A stretch of DNA of 63,740 nt, filler included, from Phoronis australis (taxonomy: Eukaryota; Animalia; Phoronida), in NCBI GenBank assembly GCA_002633005.1. It is 13 parts of 13 records of this genome, joined end to end, with 100 filler letters (N's around TTAATTAATTAA, not from the genome) between each part and the next. Parts side by side here need not be neighbours in the genome. Positions count along the whole stretch, not along the records: positions 47,958 to 55,645 come from NMRA01000745.1; positions 55,746 to 61,721 come from NMRA01000496.1; positions 61,822 to 63,740 come from NMRA01000051.1; 10 more parts are not named here. The stretch is one strand, 5' to 3'. Within the stretch, counting starts at the first letter, position 1; every line of letters begins with the position of its first letter. Under the pieces are notes generated by a model. It searched no databases. It was not told the origin of the DNA and worked only from the letters and a program-made list of their open reading frames with translations. Of the stretch, positions 50,889 through 63,740 are shown piece after piece. Position numbers and translations under genes: made by a program.

Positions 50889-51329
50889 TATAGCTTCTTT
50901 ATGCAATGCCCTTGCTGTTTATTAGCTCTCGAAAGTGTTACCCAGAAGTACTTTTCGTGATATTCGACAAGACTATCACAGTACTTGGAAAATAAAAAGA
51001 AAATTACTAATAGTCAGAGTAAAACAACATAACGAACAACAACATTGGACCAGTCTGGAACAACGCCTAATTACCCAGCAAATCAACTAACTTCAAACAT
51101 TTCAGGAACAAAAACTATTAAGCATACATGTACGTGAACATCCGTTTAAACGACCATTCAGAAGCTATGCTATGCCACGCGGGGAACACCTAGATGTAGT
51201 TTTACGAATTGCGGACGGGTTTTTTTTTGAGTCGCACATGTGCTCTGTGCACTGATCGCGAGAACTTATATCCGGACCTGTGTGAGGCGGTGTGTGGAGT
51301 ATGTAGGACAGCGTTGGGTTTTCGTACAT

Positions 51330-51870
51330 GCAGCAGGTTGCTTTCTTGTAGGGAGATTGGCTTTCTTGGAAGTAGATGTTGATTTCTCAGAAAATGGCGA
51401 TTGCTTTCCCGGGAGGGAATGACTTTCTTTGGGGGGTTGGTTTTATGGGAGAGACGATGGCTTTCTTGGGGTGCCATTTACTGCCTTGAGCGGGAAGTTT
51501 CTTTCTTGGGAAAGGGAGTTACTTCCTTGAAAGGGGGAGTTGCTTTCTTGGGATGGGATTTACTTTCAATCGCAAGGGAGTTGCTTCCTTAGTGGGGAGC
51601 TGCTCCCTTGGGAGGGGAAGAGGCTTTCGTGAGAGGTCGAATATCTTTCGTGGGAGGAGGAATGGCTTTCTTGTTAGGGTAGTGGCTTATTTGGGAGGGA
51701 GGGTTGATTTCTCAGGAAAGGGAGTTGCTTTCTTGGGAAGGGAAATACTTTCTTGGGATGACAGTTGCTGTCTTGAGAGGGTAGTTGCTTTCTTGATAAA
51801 GAGAGTTGCTTCCTTGTTGCGGGCAGTTGCTTTCTTGGGAGGTTAATTGCTTCCATGGTAGGGGGAGTTT
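51330..51870. repeat. Degenerate ~21-22-bp minisatellite
   Basis: Recurrent GGGAGTTGCTTTCTTGG(G)A unit. It accounts for the low-complexity ORFs on both strands. Confidence 0.8.
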
Positions 51871-52621
51871 CGTTCTGGTGAGGAGATTTGCAGTATTTTT
51901 GTTTCATACATGCGGTCCAAGCAAATAACTTACTCAGGAAACAAAAATCCCAAAAGGGCAATTTTAATTTAAAAAATGAGTGGGTCCCATGAACACAGTA
52001 CCCTTTCAAGTTCATGTAACCTCAACCATCTGCCTTATTATGATACAAGCATTCTGTACTTAACGACTTTCAAAAGAATCAAAGTGTTTTGATTAGCCCA
52101 AAATAATGGGGGACCCTAGGAAACGTGAATACCGTGCCAACTTCATTTTTTCTTTGAAAAAACATGAAGGGAGCGAGACGCGGTGAAGTCCAACGAAATG
52201 AAAATGCCTTGAGCAAACCCCAAATTGTCGCAATTTTCAAGTTATGACAACTTGGACCCGCACAATGCCTGTTTGCAAGGTCTCTTTGTGCCAAAAAAAT
52301 TTTGGTGGAAGCTGAAGGAACAATAAGATGCCAGGTTGAGAAGTGGGATACAATATGCACTGATATAAAGAGTGCTTTGTGTAAAACTTGCGCACGCCAC
52401 TCAGGTGGGATCATTGCGCTGGTCACCTGGAACTCCTTTTATGTTTTACTAACGTGTGTGTGAAACTTAGCCGGGGATTTAGCGACCCGACTCAATTGTC
52501 TAACAGTACGGCCCAGTGGGACTCAAACCCACGGCCTTGAATAAAGACAGCGGACACTTATGCTACCTGGTCACACTGCCTCCTCTTGTGAGAATAATTA
52601 CTTATACAATACCTAATTTAC

Positions 52622-55600
52622 CTGGTACCGGCATTTCTATACATTGTCCGTCATTCAAGCAAACGTCTGGTTGGCAGAAAGCTGCAACAAGTTGAAAAAT
52701 AACAATTCAAATGTCTTGTGCATGTGAGGATGTACAGACATCTGCAAGTTTTATGTCAACCCTTTACCGCAGCTATTATAATGTGACAATAACCCATACA
52801 TGTAGATTGACGCGTACGCCATCTATTGAAATTGAACGCTTGAGATCACGACATGTACTTTATCACGGGCCTATTTTCCAGAGAGTGTACATGTATTGGA
52901 GCTCGTCATTTAACTTTCACTCAAAAATTACTTAATGAATGCTGAATTTAGGAAATGGGTCAACATCTCGTGGTCAATGGATACAAATAAGTAATCTGCT
53001 TGAATGAGCAGAATACATCACGCAAAACTATCAACATTTGGGTACGCGAGGTTGGATTTTCTTTTGTACTTAAGCCAATAGTGAATCAGGTCAGAGACGT
53101 TTAATACGGCTCATCTTGAAAAAAGCTTCTGTTCTTACATTTATGGCACTTAGGTGGCTGGCTCCAAATGCCGTCCTTTTCACATGTCGTGTTACTACTG
53201 CCTAGCATGTAGTGCGTTTCGTCACATGTGTACGATGCATTTGAACGGAAGGTTGTCGCGCCATACCTGACGTTGGAATCGGATACATTGGGTGGGTTTC
53301 CGCAATCCTTACCTGTAAAACATAGAGTAGCAAAGGCAATCGTTACACACATTTAAAAACTGCACCCACTACATGTGAATATTCAATCGAAAGTAAATTC
53401 AACATAATGAGTAAAAAATCAACTGACGGAAAAATTTTAGAGCTTCAAAAAGAAATTGATTCAAGAGTATTATTCATGACGTAGATAAAAATCAGTTAGC
53501 CTGATCTTTTGAATAAGCATGGGCCGCGCAGTACTGAAAAAAGTGGAGCCTAAAGCCCCCTCTCTCCCCATGCCCCCCTGTGGTACACCGCTTATAGACT
53601 ATGGGCGTGGTAGCACTGAAAATGTGTTGGCTATATCTCCTCCCCCAGCTCCTATGGTGCGCCGCCCATGATAAAGCCAATGACAAAACAAAAATGTTCC
53701 TGGAGTCAAAACTGAAAGACTTGTTTTAAAAGTGCCTGTAAACCATAGGCAAATACATAATTTGCCCTCTATTAACCTTTCGAGATACATCATTAAGGCT
53801 ATGGATATCGAACAAGGAACATGTTCACAGTGATTATCCCAAACAAGAACAACTGTAGGGTTCCAATTTTAACAAAAAATCAGGACAAAACAGCCTTATT
53901 GTTGGCTAATCTCTGGCTGGCTATACAGCCAGGCATGAAGCTGTGCTGTGCCCGGACAGCACCCCGACACTATGGGAATTAGGTTAAGACCAACCATGCT
54001 TCTGATGTCGCAAAAACACGGTTCTTCCTCATTGATTCTATGTGTTTCTCACCGCACCATCGCTCATTTCTGCTATGCTTTATTCAAGTTGTCTATCATG
54101 AAATGTTCGTTGCCGGACATCATCTTTGTCGAATGGGTACCATACCTGTGATTCGTAACAATTAATGATCTTATCTAACTTCAACCCAATCAATAGGGAA
54201 GCAATGGCATCACGAAAGCGACTTCCGATTGGTCCAAAATCGGCTTTGGCGGACAGAAATTTAGAAAATCAGTTGGTACAAAGTGATTTATAATAAAAAA
54301 AACTGAGGAATAAATTCGACGGACAGCCCCTCTCACTGTTCGAGTGGTCAATTTCGCATTAATCATATTAGCCGTTTGACACCGGCTAGAATCGAGATTC
54401 CCCCGTTTTACCATCATCAGCCATTGGCTTTGTCAGGTTTGCATCTTCGCGGTGTGGAGCTCGCCAGGCATTGGTGCATCCCACCGCACAGATAAGGTGT
54501 TGAAACGCTGTTTATACGAGTAAGTAGAAACATGACGTTCGCATAACATGGGATCTGTAGGTGGCGCTTAATGCCTGTCCACCAAAGACGTGATCGCCAT
54601 CTTTCGGGTGAGTGGTTTTTAACATGGCGAGGATCTTTCAAATTCAGGTATTTTGAATACAGGCCTGTATGAAATTCATGATGACGACGCGTGAGTTAAA
54701 CAGGCACGTTACACACAGTCACACAAGGCTTGGAACCGATGCGGAATACAAGAGTTATAACGAAGTGTCTGCCAGCGAGGACGGAATTTTTGATTTTTTT
54801 TACGCAAATGTAACAAAGCAACGGACACAGAAGCTATTGACAACGAAGAAACTCAAGATCGTGCTGCTGGGAACGCAAACAGACCCTAATCAAATAGGTT
54901 CGAACCAGTGGCTGCTGTCGTTTCTGGTGAAGACTGAGATAACGCGGCAGATCCCGAAATCGATGATCGCACCACTGCTGATTATTCATTACCTTAAGTG
55001 GTAAAACATAAACATTTCCGGGAGTCTGCAAACGAATGCTAGGTAAACGAATAACTTTTGATTTTTGCTATTATTTCAAATTAATTGTAATGCAGGGCCT
55101 ACGATAGGGGCTATTGGACACATAAACAGAAATGTGTTACAAAATTTGTCATTTAGTCGTGCGTTTCGTGGTGTGCATGGATGAAGGTAAGGTGAGATAA
55201 GTAGTTTTGCTGTATGTAGTTTAAACTTTCCACTTTATCACAAAACCTTTCTCAATTTCTTATCCATTTCAGCAAGTGTGGAATGAGGATGTTGAAATTA
55301 ACAAAGTCATCAGATTTAGCAAAATTCGTATCCTATTGAGACACATAATCAAACTAAATTATGGTTCATGAATAAGACGTGTATACATCTCAACAACAAT
55401 AAATAAGCTTGCAGTCTAACAGTTTGGGAGAATCTACAACAAAGTCAATTTCTTACTCTGACACTTTGGTGGACTCTGCCACGTTCCGTTGTCTTGACAA
55501 GAGATGTTCCACTCTCCTATAAGGTCATACCCAGTGCAACAATGGTACGAAGCCTGTCTCCCAGTTTGATTATCTGATTCACGAATAATCTGGTGCAGCC

Positions 55601-55639
55601 AACCATTTTGCACAGTAGGTGCTTCTCCACAGTCTCGAA
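52622..55639 (-). CDS. Extracellular Sushi/CCP + EGF-like protein, three phase-1 exons: 55639-55457, 53312-53139, 52681-52622
   Basis: RDCGEAPTVQNG...ASYHCCTGYDLIGEWNISCQDNGTWQSPPKCQ and KDCGNPPNVSDS...ASYTCDETHYMLGSSNTTCEKDGIWSQPPKCHK are CCP modules. FCQPDVCLNDGQCIEMPVP is the first half of an EGF module. All have AG/GT boundaries and lengths divisible by 3. Confidence 0.85.
53518..53670. mobile_element. Small hAT5-like MITE in an intron
   Basis: ATAAG|CATGGGCCGCGCA...TGCGCCGCCCATG|ATAAA (TSD 4/5). Confidence 0.55.
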
Positions 55640-57097
55640 CTGCAANNNNNNNNNNNNNNNNNNNNNNNNNNNNNNNNNNNNNNNNNNNNTTAATTAATTA
55701 ANNNNNNNNNNNNNNNNNNNNNNNNNNNNNNNNNNNNNNNNNNNNCATGAAAACACAGCCTGGCTGGCCCATTCTCCGGTCCAACTGACCGACATGCGAC
55801 AAAATATATGATCTAACTTTTCGAAAACCTTTATAAATTTTACACGGACATATTTTGCTTCGTCGCGGCAACGACCCAACGCTTCCGAATCTCAACGTCT
55901 TTGGATTGTGAAGCACACAGTTGCGTGTCCGTATTTTTTCTAGCCGTTCGCGGAACAACACGGTCTGAAACGCAAAAGGTACCCGCTCATCCAAAACCTT
56001 TACGGTAAACAGATGGCGCTTCTCATCAATCACGTGTCATTTCAGCGCTCAAATCTCGCTGGTTCCCTGCGTGCTTAGCCCAGCCAGCACGCAGGTATCA
56101 CGCAGTGGCACGCGCTTTAGCATTGGTCGATGTAATCTTGGCAGTCATTGGTTAGCTTTACAACACCGTGAAAAAATGGCAGACTGTGAATGATTTTAGC
56201 CTTGTCATGCAAGTGGCGTCGCAGCAACTATTTCGTTTGTGCAGTGATGTTTAATAGCCGCGTGCTTGAAGTACATACATGCACAATAAACACTTATTAC
56301 GGTGTGTTATTCATACTGTACAAAGACGCTATCGTAAACAAAAGTCATCGACAGTAGAAAGATGCATTCCGAAAAGGCTCAATCACAATTTCTAGGCTTC
56401 ACATTTCCTGAACATAATTTTAAGCACCGGTTTGCCTGTACAACAGACCACATTTACACTTCAGTCCATCAGCCATACCAGTTTGTTTGCGCAAAGCGCT
56501 GCCTGTTGACGAATCGACTAGCCAATCAGAAACGCCGGTGTAAAAAAATTTANGGATCAGCGATTTCAACACATTCACATTCGTGTACAAATAAATAGAA
56601 CGCTGGTAAAACCTTTAACATAAATAAAGGTAACATTAATACTTCATAAATAAGCACCCGGACCAGTCAAAATCTATCTCGCAATTCAACAGCAGGTTAC
56701 ACACTCATTTCATGTCGAATATATGCCGCACAAAATCTCTCGATTGTCGTATATGAAAATGCAACCAACTTCTTTGAAAACATCAACAGGAACACCAGCG
56801 GGGTGTAAAGGTTGTTTTTATTCTTCAATGTTAAATTTTTTGTAAGCGGACATATGGTTTTTTAAATTTCCGCCTTAAGTCCTAAAATTTCTAAACTTAA
56901 GCCTTTCAAACGAACGTTTATGACGAAAACAAAATTCTTCAACCAGTTTTGTAAAGTCCTATGCCACCTGTAAGGTACATAATGAGCCAATCCCACTCCT
57001 AATGTAACAAAAGGGTCCCGTGCATAAAGGATACTAAGTATTGCCCTTCTGAACTATTACCCTATGCGCCCTAATAAGCGGCCAGAGTGCTTAGAAA

Positions 57098-57203
57098 AAA
57101 TTCGCTTCATGAAGGGGGCGCTTATTATAGCCCAAAAGTGGTTGAAACCCAAATCCGCTTCAGGAAGGGGGCGCTTATTATAGCCCAAAAGTGGTTGAAA
57201 CCC
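57098..57203. repeat. ~53-bp tandem duplication within a probable MITE end
   Basis: CGCTTCA(T/G)GAAGGGGGCGCTTATTATAGCCCAAAAGTGGTTGAAACCC occurs twice. Confidence 0.8.
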
Positions 57204-58534
57204 GGTCTCCGAAACAGGTGAAATCGTTACGCTCTGTGACGCATCTGTAACCTATGAACAGAGTTTCTACAAAACTGCAGTGCATTGCTATCAAACTTTG
57301 TTGTCAACTTACGAGCATTTTTCAGAAAATGCCACTGCCAAAAATTGCCGTGAATCAGGTTTCAAGCTCCTCAGCTTGGTTTAACTATATATAAATAAAC
57401 CATAAAAATGGTTCCAAGTGATTAGTGCAATGCCTGCGCACGTCTAATAAATGTGTATCATGCAGCTCCTGATTTAAATAAAGGTCTGTTCTTTTAATTT
57501 TGGTCCGGTATCAATAACGCCACAGACCTGGAAATCCAGCGAAACACTTCTACCTTACAAATCTGACAATCCCTAGTCTCAGAAAATTTGAGCACCCGGC
57601 AACAGATACTAATGATGAAATTCTGGTGTTGATAATCACCCACTATGTTTATTTACGTCACCTCAATTTGATATACTTGGTAAAATGAAGCCCATTCGAG
57701 TAAGCATCATGTGGGTCCTAATGCCAACACAATATATAATAGAACCCAACAAGCTCAAGTTGCAGTCAAATCAGGATGGGCATAAATAAGGAAATTCACT
57801 GTATCAACAGATTGGCCAAATAAGAATAAGATACAAAGTGCTGCTACAGTGCACACGTGCACGATACTTGGTCTATTATTTTCCCGCCGTAAATGCATGA
57901 ACCAATCAGATTACCAATGGCGCAAAGTTTTCGAAAACAGTTCGATTTTTAGGGAGTCCTGTTTTACTGTTCTATTTATTTTCAAAACTTTATTATGTTT
58001 CATTTAGTTTATTTTCTGTTCAACTCAATGAAGCCACCTAATATGAATGCATTCAACACAATTTTAATTTTAATTTTAAAATGCATTGTAAAAACCAAAA
58101 GTTATGCTCTATCAACGTTAGATAAAATCAGTACATCCCTTTCTTAAAAAAATGGGTTAAAAGTTAGAAACAAAGGACACAAGTTTCCATCACTTGTAAC
58201 GTCGATTTTCAACATTGATGTTGGGGAGGAACAACAGTCTGGCGACAGCAACACGTAATCACACGAAGGCGATGATTTTCAAAATTTGATTCGTTTTCGT
58301 AGTATGTCTTTTTTCCTATGGTTCAGGGCTACTTCTGAATCCATAAACAAGAACTGAAAAAGGCAGGGTTCGTAATAACGTTGGAGAAGGTAACATTTAT
58401 ATAAGGTGTTACAACTGTCATCAATATTGTCATCTTCTCTGTTTTCATCCAAACTTCCCATATGAAAACTTGAATGAAGAGGACCTTCATTACTTGAGTG
58501 AGCATGGTATGCTGTGTGATTTATGTTGAATTAT

Positions 58535-58620
58535 TCAACGGTTCTTTTAAGAACCATTTCACGCTATAGCTACAATCAACGGCCCTTTTAAGGGCCACTC
58601 AACACTTCCCAGAAGAACTG
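58535..58620 (+). terminator. Two tandem histone-type 3' stem-loops with a purine-rich downstream element
   Basis: TCAAC-GGTTCT-TTTA-AGAACC-ATTTC (stem-loop 58540-58555) and TCAAC-GGCCCT-TTTA-AGGGCC-ACTCA (58581-58596), followed by CCCAGAAGAACTG. Confidence 0.65.
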
Positions 58621-60964
58621 CTCACTTGAGAATGTTGATTTATAAACATGCTTTCGTAGTTTTCTCAGTAGGCCCTATGAGAACCATCGATCAAAAACTG
58701 TCCGATAACTATGCTGCTATTGGGCAAGCAGACGACATAATCAGTCAGAACCGAAGTTTGAATTTTGTAATTAATTACCAATAGCATTGCCAAAAGTACT
58801 CACAATACCAACACTTCTACTAATGAAAGACTTTGAAAAGCGTTTCAATGCCGAAATTGATATTTTTTTGTTGTTTTGGACAGTAAAGGAGATGCAATTA
58901 TTTCTCGTTAAAATACACTGACCGGAAACTGCAGCAGATAGGTCAGGAGAGTTCAATTCAGCACGTAAGGATATGCCGGAGTTGCGAATCTGTTGTCTAT
59001 AATCTACATGTATGGTGGCAATCGACGCGAATTATTCGTGGCAATCGACGCTATAACTACGTAAAACTTTCTTAAATGTCCAAATACGATTTCAAACCTC
59101 GCTATCCCACTGAGAGCTCCAGTTGTTTTTGGGGAGGGGGCTGGAGTTAACTAATATCAAGTACGCTGTAGTTGAACATGTACTTGAACTCTCTTACACG
59201 TAAGGCGGTAACTGAAGGTCACGTGGTTCATCAAACCGGGAAAGGATTGGCGTTCAGTTGGCACTGCAGAGTAACCAGGATTCAAATATCAAACTTTAGT
59301 TAAAGAATCTTTGTTGTCACAAAGCGATGTTGTGGATTTCACAATGCCTTTTAGATGGAAAATACGACCCTTGTGAAGACGAAAGAATGCAAATACCTAA
59401 GTAGCGTTGCCTGTTATTTGGAAACGTAAACTGGCTTGTTACCGGGGGGTGACGCTCAGATGGGTGAAAGTTTTAGAACCTGACTCATTACAAAAATGAC
59501 TCATATCATTTCCAACAAAAACCCTTAAAGGCAAATTATTCAACAGAGTTATTAACGAAATAAAACATTTCCCGACTTGATTTTCCTGGCAAATGTGGGC
59601 TTCTATATTCAAATTCAAACAATTTAATAAACTTCGGTTGCAAAAAAACTTGAGCTGTTTAAGTAATGAATCAAGACATCAAAAGAAAGGTGTCGATGAA
59701 TTCCTCCGAAAGGTCAAGTTTTGAAAGGTGACCTTCTCCCATGCTAATCGGCCACTTAGTTGGGTACAGTCTCTAAATGGTTTAGCATCCTCAGTAATGT
59801 CCACGTCACTACACCACGTCAGTCGAGCAACTTTTCTTCGTTAGTCACTGATCTAGAGATGGATGAAATGTATCGAGGGACAGAGCAGACTGCTTGAATA
59901 ATGACTGGTTTTAGGCCTAATTATTTTCATTCACATCGCAGGTATAAACCCATTCAACTTCTGAAACCCAGTGTGAATGGTTGGAAGATTAAAAACCTGT
60001 ATAACCACACCAAAGAACTGAGCTCTTTGGATCGTTCAGTTGAAATGCTTGGACGATAATCAGAGGTGGATTCCTATCATAGACATCACAGTATTAAGAT
60101 GTCTATGATTCCTATACCCTAATCATTTTCGTCAAACTGAATATCTCGTCCAACGGTCACATGTCTACATTTTCACCGTGATGAAACAAAGCTGTTTTAC
60201 TATTTTGCAAAAATCAGAGTTTCGAAATACAGTTAATTTCATTCAAAAAAACATTCACACAAGTACATTAAAAGATCAAAACGTGCTTTATGCCTGCTTA
60301 AAAAGAATCATACGAAGGTGGGATTGGGTCGGACAGATAAATGTTGACTTGTAGTGCGGGATGTCACGGTGCCGACCACTGAATATTACTATCTCACTGA
60401 TGCAAAAGTCACAATGATCCAAAAGTCATGTGAAGCTCCAGCGCAGTCAGTATGCCTTCAAAGTGATGCACATGTACACTGAATGATATAGGCGCACATT
60501 TGCATGGAGGTACATGGGTAATAGACAAACATATTGGATTAACGTTGACGATCTCACTTGATTGCTTCGTGATTGTTTTTGGTGGTGTCGAAAGTGGCAT
60601 ATATTGGCAGGGGGCATCGCATTGCATAAATGATTCAACGCGGCATGTGCTACTTCACTTACAAAAATACGAACTTGGGTACAAGTTGTACTCACACAAC
60701 GAGCATAAGAGTTGACGTATTGCCCCCGGACCACGCTACCCGGACCACGCGCTTGTACAAATAACTGTTTCAATGGAGCGTGTGTAAGAGCGCTTTTGTT
60801 GTCTTTCATGACCTGACAAAGGGTATGAGCAGGGTTGTTTCAAACACTGTCTATACCCTAGGCAGTTACCTCGACCAATGAATGCAAAGTTGTCTGCAAA
60901 TTCGCAAGTGACACTGAGAACGGGCCAGAAGTACCTGGACAGGCCAAATTTTCCAGCCATATAA

Positions 60965-61216
60965 CATGCACGCGCCCACCCTTCGACATGGGGGCTCGAA
61001 TTCCTGACGTTGTGGACCGTTTGCTAACAAAAGAGCGGGCGGACTAAAAAAAACAAACAAACAAAACAAACAGGACCACCACTGTGAATTGCGTGTTGGC
61101 GCTTGTTTAGTGGACTTCTGTCCCATTCTCTCGGATTTTTTGTCTCTCAGAGGAGGACCCTTTTGCCCACATCGCCAAATGCGGGGCTCGTTCGAGCCCC
61201 CCTGGATGCGCGCATG
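60965..61216. mobile_element. hAT5-like MITE with 5-bp TSD TATAA; relatives at about 470-575, 16735-16785 and 41562-41764
   Basis: TATAA|CATGCACGCGCCCA...TGGATGCGCGCATG|TATAA, with subterminal GGGGCTCGAA motifs. Confidence 0.75.
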
Positions 61217-63169
61217 TATAAGATTCCCGCCAGCTTGGCAGTCTTCTTAGAAGCAAGCGTAACGCAATAATGCCTTAGTAATGTTCCACTGCAGTGAATA
61301 TTTAACTACTTAAATCGTTCTTGTTCTACTGGGGAGTTTACTGAGACTGTCAATATCTTCAAATTGCCAGTGCATTTGTATGATGACCTAGTTTGCCACT
61401 ATTAGACGAGTGAATGGTTGTTTCCCGTCACGTGTCACTGGTTACAACTGTGGACAACTCAGACCGCCTCTTACAGCTTTTGCTTGTCAAATAATACACG
61501 GTTACTGTCTATAGCCATTTAAAGCTTTGACTATGACACAAATAGGCAAACGTGTAGCAGAACCGTAGCCAACCTATCCCATATTTGAAAACTGTACCCG
61601 CCGACAAAACACGGGAGAACGTCTTCCCCTAGCAAGTTTTGAAATGTAAAACCTAAAGCAGTTTCTAAAATTGGTTTTGCACCACAGTACACGTGACTCC
61701 TAGAGAGACACAAACAAAACANNNNNNNNNNNNNNNNNNNNNNNNNNNNNNNNNNNNNNNNNNNNTTAATTAATTAANNNNNNNNNNNNNNNNNNNNNNN
61801 NNNNNNNNNNNNNNNNNNNNNGGTCATTTGGTGTTCAGTGCGGTACTATTGTTCGTTTTAAATCAGTTTTGGTTGGTACCTCGAATATCTAGTCTAGCTC
61901 ATTTTTTGGGCTCTTTGTAAGGCCCCCAGGGGTCACACCCAGAGTGCAGACAACGGCAGACGTCCATTTCTGTACATACTGGGGTGGACTTTAAATGCTC
62001 CCGTGGTCAGATGTTGGTACCTCGTTCATCTATGCTAAGTGCTCTGGGCTGCCGGTCTATATAGCTCATTGGTCACAAGTACGACGGTGACATGAAAGAT
62101 GAGAGTTACACTGTTGAAATCATGCCACCATTCAGTAAATAAATCAATAAATTCACAAACTTGAAATAACACATTAAATGCAAATTTTACTATCGGATAA
62201 GGAAGGCATCACCAATGAGCTTATTATATGTTTATTTTTCTCCTTGGGCGTCATTGCTGACACCCAAAATGCACTGTACTTCCGTAGCTTTTCTTGGAAA
62301 ACCGCGACACCTGGTTCGTTGGCTCGTGTTCTTTGTTTGGCGACTATTTTCAGTTTTAACTATGGTTTTGTTTAGATTACTCTTTGCTTTGACTTTTGCG
62401 GTGTCGTGTTTTGGTAAGTGCTGTTACTAATACCCTTACTGTTTTATTTTCAAGATATAAAACCTTGTGAGACATTATGAACAATATAGCAAACGGTAAA
62501 CGACCTAGTCACCCTAGTGACCTAGTGTACTAGTAAAGTAGTAGCTCTACGACTACGTTAACACACAGGCGTCTTAAGTTAAGCTTCTGATGGTCCCCAA
62601 TACGCTATGTATTGTCCGGCAGATTGTCACCCACCTTTCAGCTCAACATATCGATCTCTGTAGTAGTTAAGTTTGTCACCTGCACGTGTTGTTTCACTGT
62701 AAAGTAGCTCGGTAGGCCTATCGCTTCGCAGATAGCGCATATTTTTACATAAGCTCTCTAGGGCTCTAGGCCGATAAAGGCCTACTAGTAGGGAGGACAA
62801 CGGTTTTTTAAATTTTTTTTACAATATCCATGTGTCATACATTTTTGAAAAGCCCTCGGTGTGAGAAATGAAATGGTGCAAAAATCAGAAAAATTAGATG
62901 AGCGGTTGACGAGAAAATGGCCGTTGAAACGCGACGATTATGCGTATAAAATATCTGCCTTTTTACATAATTTCGTAAAAAAATAAAAGAATATACATGT
63001 GCTGCATATAAAAAGATTCGTCTAACAAACATGGTGGTGTGTATTATATGAAATTTGGATCGATTTCTAAAGAGATATTGCTGTTTAAGTGTGTTGTTAT
63101 AGCATGTAACAGGCTCATCATGTTTGATGAAAACAATGGATTACACAGCTTAAAAGGTAAAGAGCAAAG

Positions 63170-63740
63170 ACACCACATCAGCACCAAGTTTCATGAAAAT
63201 CCGTTTAGGACTTGTGAAGATACAGAGGTAAACGTAAAAAAATAAAATTGCCACTAGGGGGCACACTGGTAGGCGGATCCGTCCAAAAGTAGTCATCGTC
63301 TGTTGTTAACATCATATAATTACGCTTATTAAATTTCGTAAAGATTCTGCGAACGGTTTAGGAGATACAGCCATAGGCGCAAAAAAAAAACTGCCACTAG
63401 GAGGCGCCAGAGTAATCCAAATCATCTGAAAATCATTGTCAGCTGTCTTCTTTATAGTAAGCACATACATGCCAATTTTCACAACCATCCTTTGAGCGGT
63501 TTGGTTGATAGAGGGGTGGACGCGAAAAAATACAGACTCGAAAACAGTAAAAATGGCCACTAGGTGGTGCAAACTATGTCGAATCCATCTGAAAACGGGA
63601 GGATAGTGTCATCTCACTAATAGGTGCTTACATACCAAATTTCATGAAAATCTGTTTAGGACTTTTGAAGATACAAATGTAAGCGTAAAAAACTAAAATT
63701 GCCACTAGGGGGCACACGGGTAGTCGGATCCGTCCAAAAG
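63170..63740 (-). mobile_element. Reverse-orientation copy of the ~145-bp-repeat Helentron-like family, running off the window end
   Basis: Reverse complement aligns to 9100-9620. TGCCACTAGGGGGCAC-type motifs at about 63250, 63392, 63555 and 63700. Confidence 0.8.

Noticed and set aside
51202-52015. Hydrophobic or RKQLP-repeat ORFs
   Set aside because: They are translations of a degenerate minisatellite.
58353-58394. CTGAAAAAGGCAGGGTTCGT as the histone H4 C-terminus (LKRQGR) upstream of the stem-loops
   Set aside because: It needs two indels in 20 nt and nothing else resembles H4. Probably chance, though worth including in the tBLASTn check.

Overview
This is animal (probably marine invertebrate) nuclear DNA, AT-rich, intron-containing and dominated by transposons. 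It is not one continuous locus. Twelve identical 100-nt spacers (44 N + TTAATTAATTAA + 44 N) join 13 separate contigs, so adjacency across a spacer is uninformative. Most short ORFs in the track are noise. Spliced host-gene fragments, read by hand with GT-AG boundaries and consistent phases, are: LRRC49 (3 exons), the MAGE-family gene NSMCE3 (5 exons), ERAL1 (last 2 exons), a Sushi/CCP + EGF extracellular protein (3 exons), and the first coding exon of a probable beta-1,4-glycosyltransferase with its promoter. Mobile DNA includes Kolobok-type TTAA/AGG elements carrying THAP and P2X7-ballast-like (KolX-type) ORFs, a Penelope fragment with a minimal hammerhead ribozyme, an AcademX pseudogene, a Gypsy integrase remnant, Helentron/DINE-1-like elements with ~145-bp CTCF-motif-bearing repeats, and MULE-, Harbinger- and hAT5-like MITEs. 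The observations most worth checking are two tandem histone-type 3' stem-loops with no histone gene upstream (58540-58596), the transposon-borne CTCF-like arrays, the THAP/ballast Kolobok derivatives and the hammerhead. No clearly new multi-gene system is supportable from this sequence. All family assignments rest on remembered motifs, not on searches.
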